Of a stretch of 64,000 nucleotides of DNA, positions 1 to 14,601 are shown in pieces. Below the pieces are notes generated by a model, which saw only the letters and a program-made list of their open reading frames with translations, had not been told where the DNA came from and ran no database searches. The stretch's first letter is position 1; each line of letters begins with the position of its first letter. Source of the DNA: Octopus sinensis (Eukaryota); NCBI RefSeq assembly GCF_006345805.1, contig NC_043014.1, positions 54,436,001-54,500,000 of the forward strand. Direction: 5' to 3'. The position numbers and the translations under genes were made by a program.

Positions 1-3000
1 TATATTTAGAAATTTCTATTACTATACGAAGATATTCACTTGTTCGTGCTAAATGGATGTGTATATAGAATGATTTAAAAGTTAGGTTGTAGGAAGAAAC
101 CAAAAAACCCGGGCAAGAGAAGTGTGTAAGATGAAGGACAGAGAGAGAGAGAGAGAGAAAGAGAGAGCATCAGGACAGCAGGCTGAGAAGTAGTGTGTTT
201 GTCATCAAATTCACACCCAACATCTTTTTTCTTTTCTTTTCTTTTTTTATTTTATCTGTGGCTGATATTTAAACCCGGAATAGCAATCAAACGCAGGGTT
301 AAAAAAGCCTTTCTAGCACAAACAATAAAAAACAACTGAATTGTCCCCATCAACTTATCTACCCCCATCATCATCATCATCTTCGTCATCAGCCAGCAAC
401 ATTCTTATTTTTGGTAATTTACGCATTTTAGTTGTCGATGGCCTCGGGTCCAACCTTCACTGAACAAATTTCGAGATTAAAAACAATTTCAGCCATGACC
501 CATGTGTCTTCTTACGCCCACCTCGGACTACACTATCAAATGTGTTCTTCTCAGTCGCTGTTCCGCCCCGTAAATCTATGACCAATAGGCGTTCCAGTTA
601 TGTCCACCATGTCTTAATTGCAGTCACAGTATAGTTAAGGACTAAGACTGCGGTATCCAATGTGTCCTTTCTCGTGTTTTAAAGACGGTAAAACTTTGGA
701 TTTGGGGGAAATTTTGACCCCTATTTCAAAGCTGGTCGAGCGACCACATCCTACTTAGGTCACAAGGTCGACGATGAATGCTTTTCGTTTTTTTTTTTTA
801 AAGAAAGTAAAATCGATTGAATTTCCTTTCCAACCCCAAATAACCCCCAGTATATTACGATTTCGATTCCCTCTGCTTTACTGAGCTGAAGGGACAAAGA
901 CAAAGAAAAACATCGACCTTAAAGGACAATTGGTGGTTTTGACTCATTATCACGCGGTCTTTTCTCCACATAAGTAGATAAGTGTGGATGTCTTTAAGTG
1001 CAGAGTAATTTGTTACTATTTTAAGAGTGATCCGGGAACTTTTCGACTGGCCCCAGACGACTATCCATCTACTACTGGATGACGAGACATTTCGTTTCCT
1101 TTTATAAAGTTATCTGTCTGTTTTTTTTTTAAACCCATAATCGAGTCAACGGGGGGGGGGGGGAACCTCCAGTGTTTTTTGTAATCTGTCCTTGTAATGT
1201 CCTCACCATTCGTCGTCCTTGTGACAAATACGGAAATTATTATTGTTATTATTATTATCAACTGGCAGAATTGTCAGAGCGTCGGACAAAATGCAATGCG
1301 GTATTTTCTCCGATTATTTACGTTCAGGTTTCAAATCCCGCCGCGGTCATCGGCTTTGCCTTCCATTCTTTCGGGGTCGATAAAATAAAGTACCAATTGA
1401 GCACTGAAGGCGATGTTAGCGGCTGACCCTCCCCATCACAAGAATTCAGGCCTTGCACAAAAATTAGAATAAATTGTTAGTACGTCGGACAAAATGCTTA
1501 GCGGAATTTCTTCCGATTCTGAGTTCAAATTCTACCGTGATGGACTTTGCATTTCATACTTCAGAGATCGATGAAATAAGTACCAGTTGAACACTGGGGA
1601 TCAATATAATCGACTTACCACTTCCCCTAAAAATTGCTGGCTTTGTGCCAAAACTTGAAGCATTTATTATCATGCTTGTGGTTGTTGTTTAGGTGTGGTA
1701 CAATCCAAAAGACAACCTAGCCACGACCGTAAGGCATCGAAGACTAGCAAAACATAATATAATAATGTTGCTATAAATCACTTGCCAAAACAAGTACAAA
1801 CATCTACGACAGATACAGAGTGTCCTTCTGTTTTCGAAACAGTTGGGTGCTGTGACATTTAGCAGCTGTTTTTAACAGGTCGAGCAACCACTGTACTCAT
1901 TCCATTATAGATACAGGCTTCGCCAACATTTAGAGGAATTTGTTCTTGTAAGAAGAGCCTGGGCTGATGAACTTTACAATTCTTTCTTACAGACGTAGGT
2001 GTGTGTACACAACTGCATACCTATGGTACGTGGGTGTACTCTATATATAACTAGATTAAATGTGTGTAGATCAACACACATTAAGAAATATTAAGTAACA
2101 TTGTCTATGGATGTATATGTGTGTGTGTTTATGTATACAAAGAAGCTACTTGTCCACATTAAAAGGGTAATTTTGTGTGTATATATAAAATAGAAGATTA
2201 TATACATTCCATTTAGAAATGTGGACCCTACATTCTTTATGTATAGCAATGTATAAAGAAGAGAACCTTTATACACACACACAGGTATTTAGAAAATATA
2301 TAAATTCACATAGTTTTTGTTTTTCTTTCTATATGGGCGTGTTTGCGTATACAGAAAAGAAGGCCAAATACATCCATTTCGGAATATAAACTTACATTTT
2401 ATGTTTGCATTTGGGCAACCACGAAATGTTTTAGTTTGTGTTTTTATTTATAAGATTTCAAATAAGTTTTCATCGACACACACATACATACAGCTTGTCG
2501 GTTCGAGCCCAACTCAGGCCAGTCAGAACACGGACTTTCAAGTCAAACGATGATGACAATGTACATTTGGCAGTTGTTCAAAACTTTGATAAGTGTTATG
2601 GCAACGACCCCTCAGGGCATTCTCAGCTAATAAACAAGATTAAATACACCGTGGCTGATATATTGAGTTCTTTCTGTTATCCCTGGTTTGTAAAAGAGAC
2701 AGCAGAATAGAAAATCTCTACTTAGTCGCTCGAACAACAAAAAATAACAGCCAAATTCCTTTACCATCTTAAAAGAAAAATGGAACGGATACACTAGAGA
2801 ATATAGTGTCAGAAATTATGATGGAATCGTCATGACTGGAACGCCTTTAATTATAGGTCTCCTTCATAAGCAACAATTAAGGGTAAAACTAAGAAGACAA
2901 TAAATGCCATCTCATTAGCAGCACCGTTTAATAAATTGGTAAAAGAGAAAAGAACTGAAGAAATAGAAGAGTTAAATAATAAAAAACCAAAGCTAAAATT

Positions 3001-4809
3001 TCCGTAAAATCTTCATAAAAGAATGAACTCTAGAGTTTTTGGAGCAAAGTGTTGATTCAAGGGTAAAACCTGCTAGAAATAGCAGTCAAATGTTTATCAA
3101 AGCACATATCCTACCGATCTCTAAAAAAGTGACGAAGGACATAAAAAAAAAGAATAATAATGATAAAAAATACGAGTGGAGGTGAAGGGACTCGAATCAC
3201 AGGTGTGTTTGGTCGGGTCTGACCTGGGGTTAAACAACCAGCAACGAACGTGCTTCTATGCAATAGTTCGACTTGTTAGAAACAGAAGCTAAACCTCCCT
3301 CAAATTATATACAGCCGACCATCTGTAAAGAAAAGAAACAATGTAGTCCATGATATACTAAAGGCTGGATGGGCACGACTGGAACATCTTCGATCATAGA
3401 TGTCTGTTGTGTCGACCGAATCAAGGCAAGACACGAGTTCAATAATCAACAAAGACGTCCCAAATTAAACAAAGGTGCCCACCTCGCCTCTTTGGAGCGG
3501 AGAAAAATAAAAAAAACACAACCATACATAATGTTGTCGTTGTTGATCACTGATCAAAGGCGTTCCACCCTTGACTATCCTGCCTCTTAAGACTTAGTTT
3601 AGCGACACGTCAGCCCTGATCCAGCAGACCTATGAATGAAGACACTCTAACAGTGGCCATCCAACCTCTTTTTTTTTATATATATCCACGACCATTTTAT
3701 TCGATGTCCTTCCTCATTTTTAAAGGTTTCAGTGTGATTTGAGATGCATTTAGCTGCTATTTCTGAGGGGAAGCGACAAAGTGGACACTCCCTCATTTGA
3801 TCGATGGTTATATATATATATATATATGATTGATTGATTGATTGATTCCAGTTCCAGCCTATGAGCTGTGGCCATGCTGGGGCACCGATATATATATATA
3901 TATACATCGTGTTGTTGATGGTCTTGTTGTTTTAGCTCCAGGTTAGTAAGTGACTGTAGACAGACCTATTATCAAAGGCGCTCCTGCCGTGAGCATCCCG
4001 TCTTTTTAGAGTTATATGTAGTAACAGCCTTATCTGGTGTGTTCATTCCTTATTCAGGTCGGGTGGGGGTGTGATCTGAAATCGATGTTGTTGATTGTTG
4101 TTTTCCTTAGTTCAGGATAAAGCTTGAATAACGAGTCCACGTATCGTCAAAGACTCTCCCGTCGTGACCATCCCATCGTTTTAGAGGCGTACGTAGGAAC
4201 ATTACCCAATCGAGCTATCATCCAACCAGGAAGTTTTCACAATGTTACACAACCTGCTACAAATAGCAACCAAACCCCCTCAAATCACTCCCAACCGTCT
4301 TAAATAATAAAAGGAAGAGTAGTACATTAGATGATGTACTCCTAGTCCTACGTATCCCTAAAACAACAAGACGGGACGGTCAAAACAAGAACGCCTTTGG
4401 TCGTACGTCAACCTGGTCGCGCAGTGCGTCGGCCTTGGGTTAAACAGCAAATGACAACGACATCAACCAATGGGCTTTTCCACCGTACTTAGGACGGATG
4501 TGGTGTATGAAACGAGGGCTATTTGGCTACTATTTCTACCCGATCGAGCTACCGCACAGCTTAGAGTCCCTTCCGATCGGCCTTTTTATAGTTTTTTATC
4601 CGCCATGATAGAGAAACACTTGAAAAGTAAAAAGTAAAAAGATTTTCCCTTCTTTTTTTTCTTCCCCATTTTTCGAGTTTACATCGATCGTCAGATTATT
4701 AAAGAATAAGAGAGATTAGACAAATAAAACGAAAGTACAGATTAACTCGTATAAATGTAGACACGAATATTAAGATATATATATATATATGTATATTTAA
4801 AGGTCTTAC

Positions 4810-4960
4810 CTTGGTACGGTGTTTAATTAATTATATATCAATCACACACACACATCTATAAGTGTGGTGTATGTTTGCGAGCTCGCATCCAAGATATATT
4901 AAGAGGGATAATTACGACTGGCAGCAAAGAGCTGTGAATGGTGTCAATGCACTGTAAACT
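4810..4960 (-). other. Putative first (5'UTR) exon of a neighbouring gene running off the left edge
   Basis: Initiator-like TCAGTT at 4962-4957 (-) and strong donor AAG|GTAAGA after 4810, in a CpG-retaining region. Confidence 0.45.
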
Positions 4961-7900
4961 GACTCGGTTACGCGTGTGTGTGTGCGTGTCTGTGTCTGTG
5001 TGTTTGTGTCTGTGTGTTTGTGTCAGGCTGTCTGTGTGTTTGTGTGAGCGCACATGCGCTTGTGTTGGGGAGGCAATTAGAATTTACTAATACGGTAGCG
5101 GGTGCGCGAAAGACAAGTACGGAAGAGCATAAAGGCAATAAACGTGTGCCGACGACCAATCGCACACGAACATTAGGTATTTTTATGTATTTCTTTACTA
5201 CCCACAGGGCGATCTAAACATAAAGGGGACAAACAAGGACAGACAAACGGATTAAGTCGTTTACATCGACCCCAGTGCGTAAATGGTACTTAATTTATCG
5301 ACCCCGAAAGGATGAAAGGCAAAGTCGACCTCGGCGGAATTTGAACTCAGAACGTAACTGCAAACGAAATACGGCTACGCATTTCGCCCGCCGCGCTAAC
5401 GTTTCTGCCATGTATTTATACATGCCTAAGTTTATCTATGGGGGACACTTTATATACGAGCGCACACACACACACGCACATACACAAATGCATATGTATA
5501 CACACACTTCTGAGAAATATTTCTCTTTTACTTGTCCCAGTAATTAGACTTGCAGTCGTGATGGGGAATCGCTCTGAAGCCCTTAATCGATCGAGTTGAC
5601 CCCAGTGCTTATTTTTTTACGGCATGTTTATTATTTATTATTATTATTATTTTTTTTTTTTTTGCAAAACTGCGGGGACGTAAACAAACCTACACCGGTT
5701 ACCAAGCGGTGTGGCGGGGAAAAGACACACACACACACACACACAACCCTGAGAAGAGGATTGGTTTCAGCATGAGCCATGAGAAGTGCATGACCGCCCG
5801 TCCCTTCTCCTCCCTCATCACGAAATCACAAGCATTCTCCTTATAAAGTGGGTGATGTCTGGTATACGAGATGTGACATATTTAGTAGATAAGCAGCGTT
5901 TAACAAAAGAAGTAAATGGCCTTCATTACAATAGTAGGCCTTTTAATAACTTACCATTCCTGATCCGTAAATTCTTTAGCTTTAGAAAGTAGCCCTTGTG
6001 TTTGGCAACGAAGGACTCGTTGTCAAACTTATGAGAAGGTTGATAGGCAAACAAGTAAAGAGGTTGCATGCTGATATAAAAGCTAAGTGTTGTGCATGTG
6101 TGTGTGTGTGTCTGTGTGTGTGTTTGCGTGATTAAAAATTTTTTTTTTTGCGTCTATTTTACTTTCCCATGCTTGATGTGGATTTGACACTATACATCAT
6201 CATCATCATCATTTAACGCCCGTTTTCCATGCTGGCATGGGTTGGACAGTTTGACAGGAACAGGCCAAGTCATAGGGCTGCACCAAGTTCTCCTGCCCGT
6301 TCTGGCATAGTTTCTACAGTTGGATGTCCTTGCTAATGCCAACCACTTTACGGAGTGTATTGGCTGCTTTTTATGTGGCACCAGAGAGAAGAGAGAGAGA
6401 GAGAATGGTGAAAATGTGATGTTGGGGGTAAAAGGGTAAAGACCCCCTTCAGTCATGAATGACCACGGGATTACATCTAGAAAATACCCCTCTGAGGCAC
6501 AAGTCTGGGCAAGATTATATATGGAAGACCAGCAGGCTCTTATGCATACAAGCCTCCCCTCTAGACGCCACCAATGTTATCCTAGGGTAAGGCAAAGGGG
6601 CCGATACAGCTTGGCACCTGTGACGTCGCAACTCATTTCTACAGCTGAGTGAACTGGAGCAACATGAAATAAAGTGTCTTGCTCAAGAGCACAACACACA
6701 ACCCAGTCTGGGAATCAAACTCACAACCTCATGAGTGTGAGTCCGACACTAACCACTGAGGGAAGTGTATATAAGTGAAGAGTGACCAAAGATTGGGTAG
6801 GATGAGTGGGTGGGTTCATGAGATTGCAAATGGCACTCTGTCGGTTGCAACAACGAGGGTCCCAGTTGATCTGATCAATGGAACAGCCTGTTCGTGAAAT
6901 TAACATGGAAGTGGCTGAGCACTCCACAGACATGTACTCTTAACGTAGTTCTCGGGGAGATTCAGCATGACCAAGGCTGACCCTTTGAAATACAAGTACA
7001 ACAGAAACAGGAAGAAAGAGTGAGAGAAAGTTGTGGTGAAAGAGTACAGCAGGGTTTGCCACCACCCTCTGCTGGAGCCTCATGGAGCTTTAGGTGTTTT
7101 TGCTCACAACACCCAGTCGGGGAATCGAAACCACGATCTTACTACTGCGAGTTTGCTGCGCCTCCACATACATACACACACTAGCTACATACATATATCT
7201 ATATCTTTACTACCTACAAGGGGCTAAACACAGAGGGGACAAATGGATTAAGTTGATTATATCGACCCCAGTGCGTAACTGGTACTTATTTAATTGACCC
7301 CGAAAGGATGAAAGGCAAAGTCTACCTCGGCGGAATTTGAACTCAGAATGCAGCGGCGGACGAAATACTGCAAAGCATTTCACCCAGCGTACTAACGTTT
7401 CTGCCAGCTCGCTGCCTTGCTACATATATCATCATCCTTTAGTGTCTGTGATCCATGCTGTAATGGGTTGGATGGTTTGACAAGGATTCAGTGACCACAT
7501 AACACCCCATTTGTCTGTTGTGACATGGATTCTACAGCTGGATGCCCTTCCTCATGCAAACCCATTTCAGTGTGTCCTGGGTGCTTTTTACATGCCACTG
7601 GCTCTATTGGGGTCACCATGCAGCTTGCAAAACATAGGAACCACCTCGATGTAAACAGCCCAAACCATGGACGGCAATTGAAATTATCAGAAATGGTTAA
7701 AAGCAGCACAAAAAAAAAGGAAAAAAGAAAGAAATAATAACAACAACAATAAATAAATCAAAACTTTGATTTTAATTATTTTTTATTATATATTTTTATT
7801 ACAAAAACAAACATGTTCATCCAAAGAATATTTACAATGCATACATATATACACACACACACATATATACATATAAACATATGCATATTATATATACATA

Positions 7901-10900
7901 CAAACATATGCATATTATATATACATATACACACACATACATATATATACATACACACACATTATACATACATACACACATACATATACATTCAAACATA
8001 TACACACACATACATATTATATATACATACAAACATATGCATATTATATATACATACAAACATATACATATACACACATATATATACATACACACACATT
8101 ATATATACATATACACACACATATATACATACACACATATATATACATATACACACACATATATATACATACACACATATATACATACACATACACACAC
8201 ACATATACATACATACACATACATATTATATATACATACACAAACACAATATATATATATATACAAACATACATATATATACACACACACACACATCCCC
8301 ATACATATCTACACACAAGACCTGCAGCATTTTATTCGGCCACTGGTGTAGCATCAGCAAAGTCAGGCTTCAGGTAACAGCATCTTCCTTTTGACGAAGG
8401 TTTTACCATTATTCTTCCAGTTAGCATCATGGTTCGGACAGGTGCACACATTATGTTTGCTGTTGAAACATTTATCAAAAGGGGGCGCACGCACACATTA
8501 TTAGCCATTTGAAAAGACTATGGAATTTACAATTAACTGCACCAGGGTTCCTCTTCCCCAGGGAACCAGACCTAATGGTATACCTGCAGATATAGGTCCA
8601 GCCCCTGCTTTGCCGGGTCCTGTCTCTGATCACGTTGCACCTCCAAGGGCATCCATTGACGGTGATGCCCTCAATCTTAACAGACGGGTATCACCTGATG
8701 GAGAAGAGTCAGCTCCCAACCAAACAACACCAAACAAACACCTCATCAGCTGTAAAAATCATAGAAATGTCTCAACCACGGTCGAACAATGATGATGAAA
8801 AGGGGGTGAATCTGTGGAAGGGTTAAGGGGGGATAAATTCAAAGAGAAAAGGGGAAAGGGAAAAAATACAAGAGTCTCTTCTGCTTGGGTTTTTCCAATC
8901 TATTTACAGAAAACTTAGAAAGCGACTGATGGTTGCTCAACCATGCGCAGACGATGCAGTGACAATAAGAAGCTAAATAGAATTATAGCAGACAACAGAC
9001 TGCAGTGGTAAAACAGCTCAGCAGAGAGAGGGGGAGCGGGGAGAGATAGGGGGGAGGACGGAGAGACAGAGTTGGCAAGATTTCATTGAAATTCTGCGTT
9101 GTCAGTTAATTATTTATTTGATAGTGAGACATCATCATCATCGTCGTTGTTGTTTAACGCCTGCTTTCCATGCTGGAATGGGTTGGATGGTTTGACTGAG
9201 GACTGGCAAACCAGGAGGCTGCATTTGGCTCCAGTCTGATCTAGCAAGGTTTCTACAGCCCTTCCTAATGCCAACCACTCCAAGAGCGTAATGGGTGCTT
9301 TTTACGTGTCACGTAGACATTTCATCATCATCATCATCATCATCATTTAGCGTCCGCTGTCCATGCTAGCATGGGTTGGATGGTTCAACTGGGGTCTGGG
9401 AAGCCAGAAGGCTGCACCAGGCTCCAGTCTGATCTGGCAGTGTTTCTACGGCTGGATGCCCTTCCTAACGCCAACCACTCCGTGAGTGTAGTGGGTGCTT
9501 TTTACATTTGTCAAAATATTATTGGAATGTATGTGTGTGTGAGTGTGAGCATGTGTTTGTTCATCTGTGAGAGTGTATCTGTGTGTGTGTGTGTGAGATG
9601 AAGAACAATAAGCCTGACAAAATGCGTTTCGTTCCACATGGGTTGGCACATCAAGGACCTTGTGGCAAATGAGGGACTGTTCCAGATTTACAGAAATCTA
9701 AACAGATATTAAAAAAGAATGATAGAAGGATAGCTATACCAGTAGTTGCAAGTGGGTAGAGGACATGGGGCTACATGGCAGAAGGGGGCAGGGGAAGGAC
9801 GTGTTGTGATGTTAATGTTGGTAAAGAAGATTATGGTGTTAGGGAGAGTGAAGACGGTGGCACCTGCAAAGGTGATTAAGGGGCAGCAGTGATTAGAGTG
9901 GAAGATGAAGACAGAGAATAGAGTCCACATTTGAAATCAAAAACCAAACCTGAAATTTGGGATTCAGTTGAGAAATTTAAGTGTGAAACATGGGGCCCAA
10001 ATAAAGAGGAGAGCTTAACCTGAAGCTTGGGACCCACCTAAAAAAGTTTAAGCTTGAAATTCCCTCAAATTTTTTTCTCATCTTTTATATTAGACTTTGG
10101 CCATTCTGGGGCACTGTCTTGGAAAATTTGTAGTTGAATAAATCAACCCCAATTTTTATGAAGACTGGTACTTGTTCAATTGGTCACTTTTGCCAAACTG
10201 CTAAGTTCTGGGGACATAAACACACACACACACACATATATACACTAAAAGCTTCTTGCAGTTTCCATATACCAAATCCACTCACAAGGAAGAAACTCAT
10301 CCAAGATGCCACACGGTGGGACCGAACCCAGAACCATGTGGTTGGTTGGGCACCAGATTTCTTACCACACTGCTGTGCCTGTGCTTATGTTAATGTTTTA
10401 TACAATATGTCTGATGCTGGAATGGAATCCTTTGTAGAACCAAGGAAAACATCTCCCTCGGGATGGAAACTGGTACATCATGACAAACTGTTCTTTGAGC
10501 CCCACAAAAAGCCTTTGGTTACCAAAGATGACACCTTCTTGTTATTGGTGAAGGCTGTTATATGACGTTAAGCGCCCTCTTCCAGTTGTCATTCCCTAAC
10601 CTCCAGGTGCATGTTAAGAGTAGACCCATTCACCTGGGTCATGCTCCCCACTCTCAAACACCTTTTAACTAACTTATTTGGGGTGGAGGGGCAGCACGCC
10701 ACACCCTCGGTGGAACTTGAAAAAAGTTAACAAAGCTGGAAGGAAAAGTATTTGCCCCCAGTCCTTTCAATCTTTAACCCCCAACTACAAGGCATAGGAA
10801 CACTGCCTGTCCTTCCCAGCCATAGGAAAGATACGGGGGTGGGGGTGTCTTCACACGGGACAATAGATGGACTCATCATTCACATGAGAGCGGGCTTTTG

Positions 10901-11803
10901 AAATAATCCCATAAGTGAGCAATGCTTGGATTCTGATCCTGACATGATGTTGTATTTTAGAGAGACGTGACGAACAGCATATCTGAAGTTTATCTCAAAC
11001 TGGTAACGACCCTGCCAGTTGGTATGTGTGTGTGTGTGTGTAGGAGTGTTTGTTTTCTTGTCGTGATATCACATAACACTTGTAAAGGAGCATTGCTGTC
11101 ATGACTGGTGTGAAACCATGTCCAGCTATGAAGAGACACACATACAGAAATATATCCATCTATATGTCCGCAAGTCCTTTACAATTTTGCTTATATACAC
11201 ACATATGTATTTATATGTACATATCCCCTTTTTCAAACCTGCTTCTTTACAAATAAGATTATACATATACATATAATATAATATATAAATATATACATAT
11301 ATATATATACATATACATCATCATCATCGTTTAACGTCCGTTCTCCATGCTAGCATGGGTTGGACGGTTCGACCAGGGATCTGGGAAGCCAGAAGGCCGC
11401 ACCAGGCTCCAGTCTTATCTGGCAATGTTTCAAAAGCTGGATGCCCTTTCTAACGCCAACCACTTCGTGAGTGTAGTGGGTGCTTTTTACGTGCCACCTG
11501 CACAGGTGCCAGGCGAGGCTGGCAACGGCCACGGTCGGACTGGTGTATTTTATGTGCCACCGGCACGGAAGCCAGTCGAGGCGGCGCTGGTATCGGCCAC
11601 GAGTCGGATAGTGCTTTTTACGTACCACCAGACCAGGGATCCTGGCTGGTTCAATTCGATTTCGATTTCGCTTGCCCCAACATGTCTTCGCAAACAAAGG
11701 GGGTTGGCATGGGTGCCTGTCGTACGGTCGGATTGGTGTATTTTACGTGCCACCGGCACAGAAGCCAGTGGAGGCGGCGCTGGCATTGGCCACGAGTCGG
11801 ATA

Positions 11804-11844
<41 letters not shown>

Positions 11845-13264
11845 CTGTTTGGAAAGAGGTGAGGGTTGGTGATAGGAGGAGCATCCAACTGTAGAAAACC
11901 TGCCGCAACAAACAGTCAGATACATGAAAGCATACGAAAACAGTCAATAAAATAATGGGGAACATAAAGGGACACAACCAAGGATGACACTTCAAACTGT
12001 AAAAGCTCTGAGCGCATAGAGTGGCTGTGTGGTAAGTAGCTTGCTAACCAACCACATGGTTCCGGGTTCAGTCCCACTGCGTGGCATCTTGCGCAAGTGT
12101 CTTCTGCTATAGCCCTGGGCCGACCAATGCCTTGTGAGTGGATTTGGTAGACGGAAACTGAAAGAAACCTGTCGTATATATGTATGTGTGTGTATGTGTG
12201 TCTGTGTTTGTCCCCCTAGCATTGCTTGACAACCGATGCTGGTGTGTTTACGTCCCCGTCAGTTAGCGGTTTGGCAAAAGAGACCGATAGAATGGGCTCA
12301 CAAAGAATAAGTCCCAGGGTCGATTTGCTCGACTAAAGACGGTGCTCCAGCATGGCCACAGTCAAAGAGTAAGAGTATAGAATCCAGTAACTTACTAAAT
12401 TCCTGGTTCTTAGAGTATTTAAGAAATTATTTGTAATTTCCATGGCTTTTTGTTTACATGCATCAATTTTTAAACACAGCGAGGTCGTTGCCAGTACCAC
12501 CAAACTGGCCCCATGCCGGTGGCACATAAAAAGCACCCACTACACTCTCGGAGTGATTGGCGTTAGGAAGGGCACCCAGCTGTAGAAACTCTGCCAGATC
12601 AAGACTGAAGCCTGGAGCAGCCATCTGGTTCACCAGTCCTCAGTCAAATCATTCAACCCATGCTAGCATGGAAAGCGGACGTTAAACGATGATGATGATG
12701 AGGAGCAGGGGTGTTTGTGTGGTAAAAAGTTTCCTTCCCAACCACATGACTACAGGTTCAAACTCACTGCATGGTGGTACTCTGACCATCTTTTACTATA
12801 GGCCTGAGACAACCAAAAACCTTGAGAGTGGATTTTAGAAATGGAAACTGAGAGAAGCCCATTGTATATGTATATATCTGTGTGTGTGTGTTAATCTCCC
12901 TGTTTTCGATATGTGATATGTTATAGGAACATAAACACACTAGTGTCGGTTCTCAAGCAGTGGTCACACATATATACATGTATGTACATATACAACGGGC
13001 TTCTTTTAGTTTCCATCTACCAAATCTGCTCACAAGGATTTAGTTGACCTGAGGCTATTGTATAAGACACTTGGCCAAGATGTCACACAGTGGGACTGCC
13101 ATGTGTAATCTAATTCATGAGTTTTGAAATCTTATGGTCTAACGAGGGAGTTTTTATATGATCAGCCTGCTGGAAATAGCAACCAAATCTCCCTCAAAGT
13201 CTTAAAAGTAAAGAAGGACACACTGGAAAATGTAGTTCTAAATAGAAGATGCCTAAAAATTTCA

Positions 13265-13296
<32 letters not shown>

Positions 13297-13304
13297 TCAT
13301 CAAA

Positions 13305-13435
13305 AATAATACCTTAGGAATGAGAACCCAGGTTCAAAATCTCCCCAAGACACCTGATGAAGGCTGGAGGGTATATCAGCCAAAACGTTGGGTTAACAAA
13401 CAAGATGAGGACAAAAATCCGTCAAATGTAAATAA
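13305..13435 (+). mobile_element. Penelope-like pseudo-LTR fragment with mutated hammerhead (GAAA to AAAA)
   Basis: Same sequence family as 36150-36330 and 38500-39092. Confidence 0.6.
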
Positions 13436-13859
13436 GGGAAAGTTGATTATTCTTCTGGAGGAAAAAAGAGAATATGATTATGGATAGAACGCCCTGAGAA
13501 TGTGGTCTTGAGTTTTCCTCAAATGGTTTTTTTGGTTCCCTGTTATTCCAGTCACAGCTGCCCATATATAAGAAAGATTTTGATTCTCTGAAGCAATTTA
13601 GATTAGTTTCTGTTTTTTTTTTTTAAATCTGAAAATAATTTTAAGGTTCCTGTTTTTGGCTTGCATCCAGTTGTTTTGCATTTTCCAATGTTGATTTGCT
13701 AACTTTTGGAAATTTATTTCTTCATATGCTTCTTTCAGTTCCTCTCTTTTCATTCAACATGGAATATGGTTGTGTTATTTTCTTTCTACTTTCGTTTTTG
13801 GATTTGGTTTGCAAGATTCTTTATATGAGTTCGTGTATTGAAGCATATTTTGATGTGTA

Positions 13860-14073
13860 TGGGGGAGTTATTCTCTTTTAGTGCCTTATAATGTAAAACA
13901 CTCACCGGTAAAATTTCCACATTTTTTTCTTATTTGATTTTTTTCTTTCTTTTTTGTGAGTGGGGAAATGAAATTTAGTTAAAATCCTTTAAATAAAAAA
14001 AAAAAGAAAAAGGTGGAAATTTTACCGGTGAGTGTGTTACATTATAAGGCACAAAAAGAAACTGACTCTCCCC
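13860..14073. repeat. Inverted repeat, ~60-bp arms
   Basis: gtgccttataatgtaaaacactcaccggtaaaatttccac versus gtggaaattttaccggtgagtgtgttacattataaggcac. Confidence 0.75.
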
Positions 14074-14601
14074 AGACACAACTTCATAATATTAGTTTCT
14101 GCTGTAATTTCATGCTCATTTCTGATGCCATTGTAAACAGAATTGGCATTTTCAATACCATCTAAAGTCTGCCAGGTTTCAAAGCAATTTTCGACACCAG
14201 TGGCAAGTTACCCCTGTTCATAAAACTTCCCTATTTATATTGAAGTTTTTATTCCTTTCCAAGCTCAACCTGGCATATTCCTGTCACAATTCCACAATCG
14301 GAAATCACATTAAAAAATGTGGATTTTGAAGTTCCTAACATAATTTCCTTCTTCTGTTGATTAAAATGCGATCCAGTCGTACCCTGGTGTTATTTGGACA
14401 TGCTAACAACTTCACTATATTGCACATTCAACACAGCCATTGTGTCTGAAAGTCCTATTTCAGATTTCTGTCAACATCAAGGTTTAGTCATCAATCATGT
14501 GACCAATCATATTTAAATACACACACACACATGCTGTTGGATGGCCTATTGGACGCTACAGAGTCCATCACCCCACCCTTCCAGACAGGCTTTGTTTCAA
14601 G

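Noticed and set aside
11347-12222. ORFs such as MLAWVG...LDALPNANH and ...SFSFRLPNPLTR recurring across the window
   Set aside because: Recurrent translations of high-copy SINEs, a common source of false gene models
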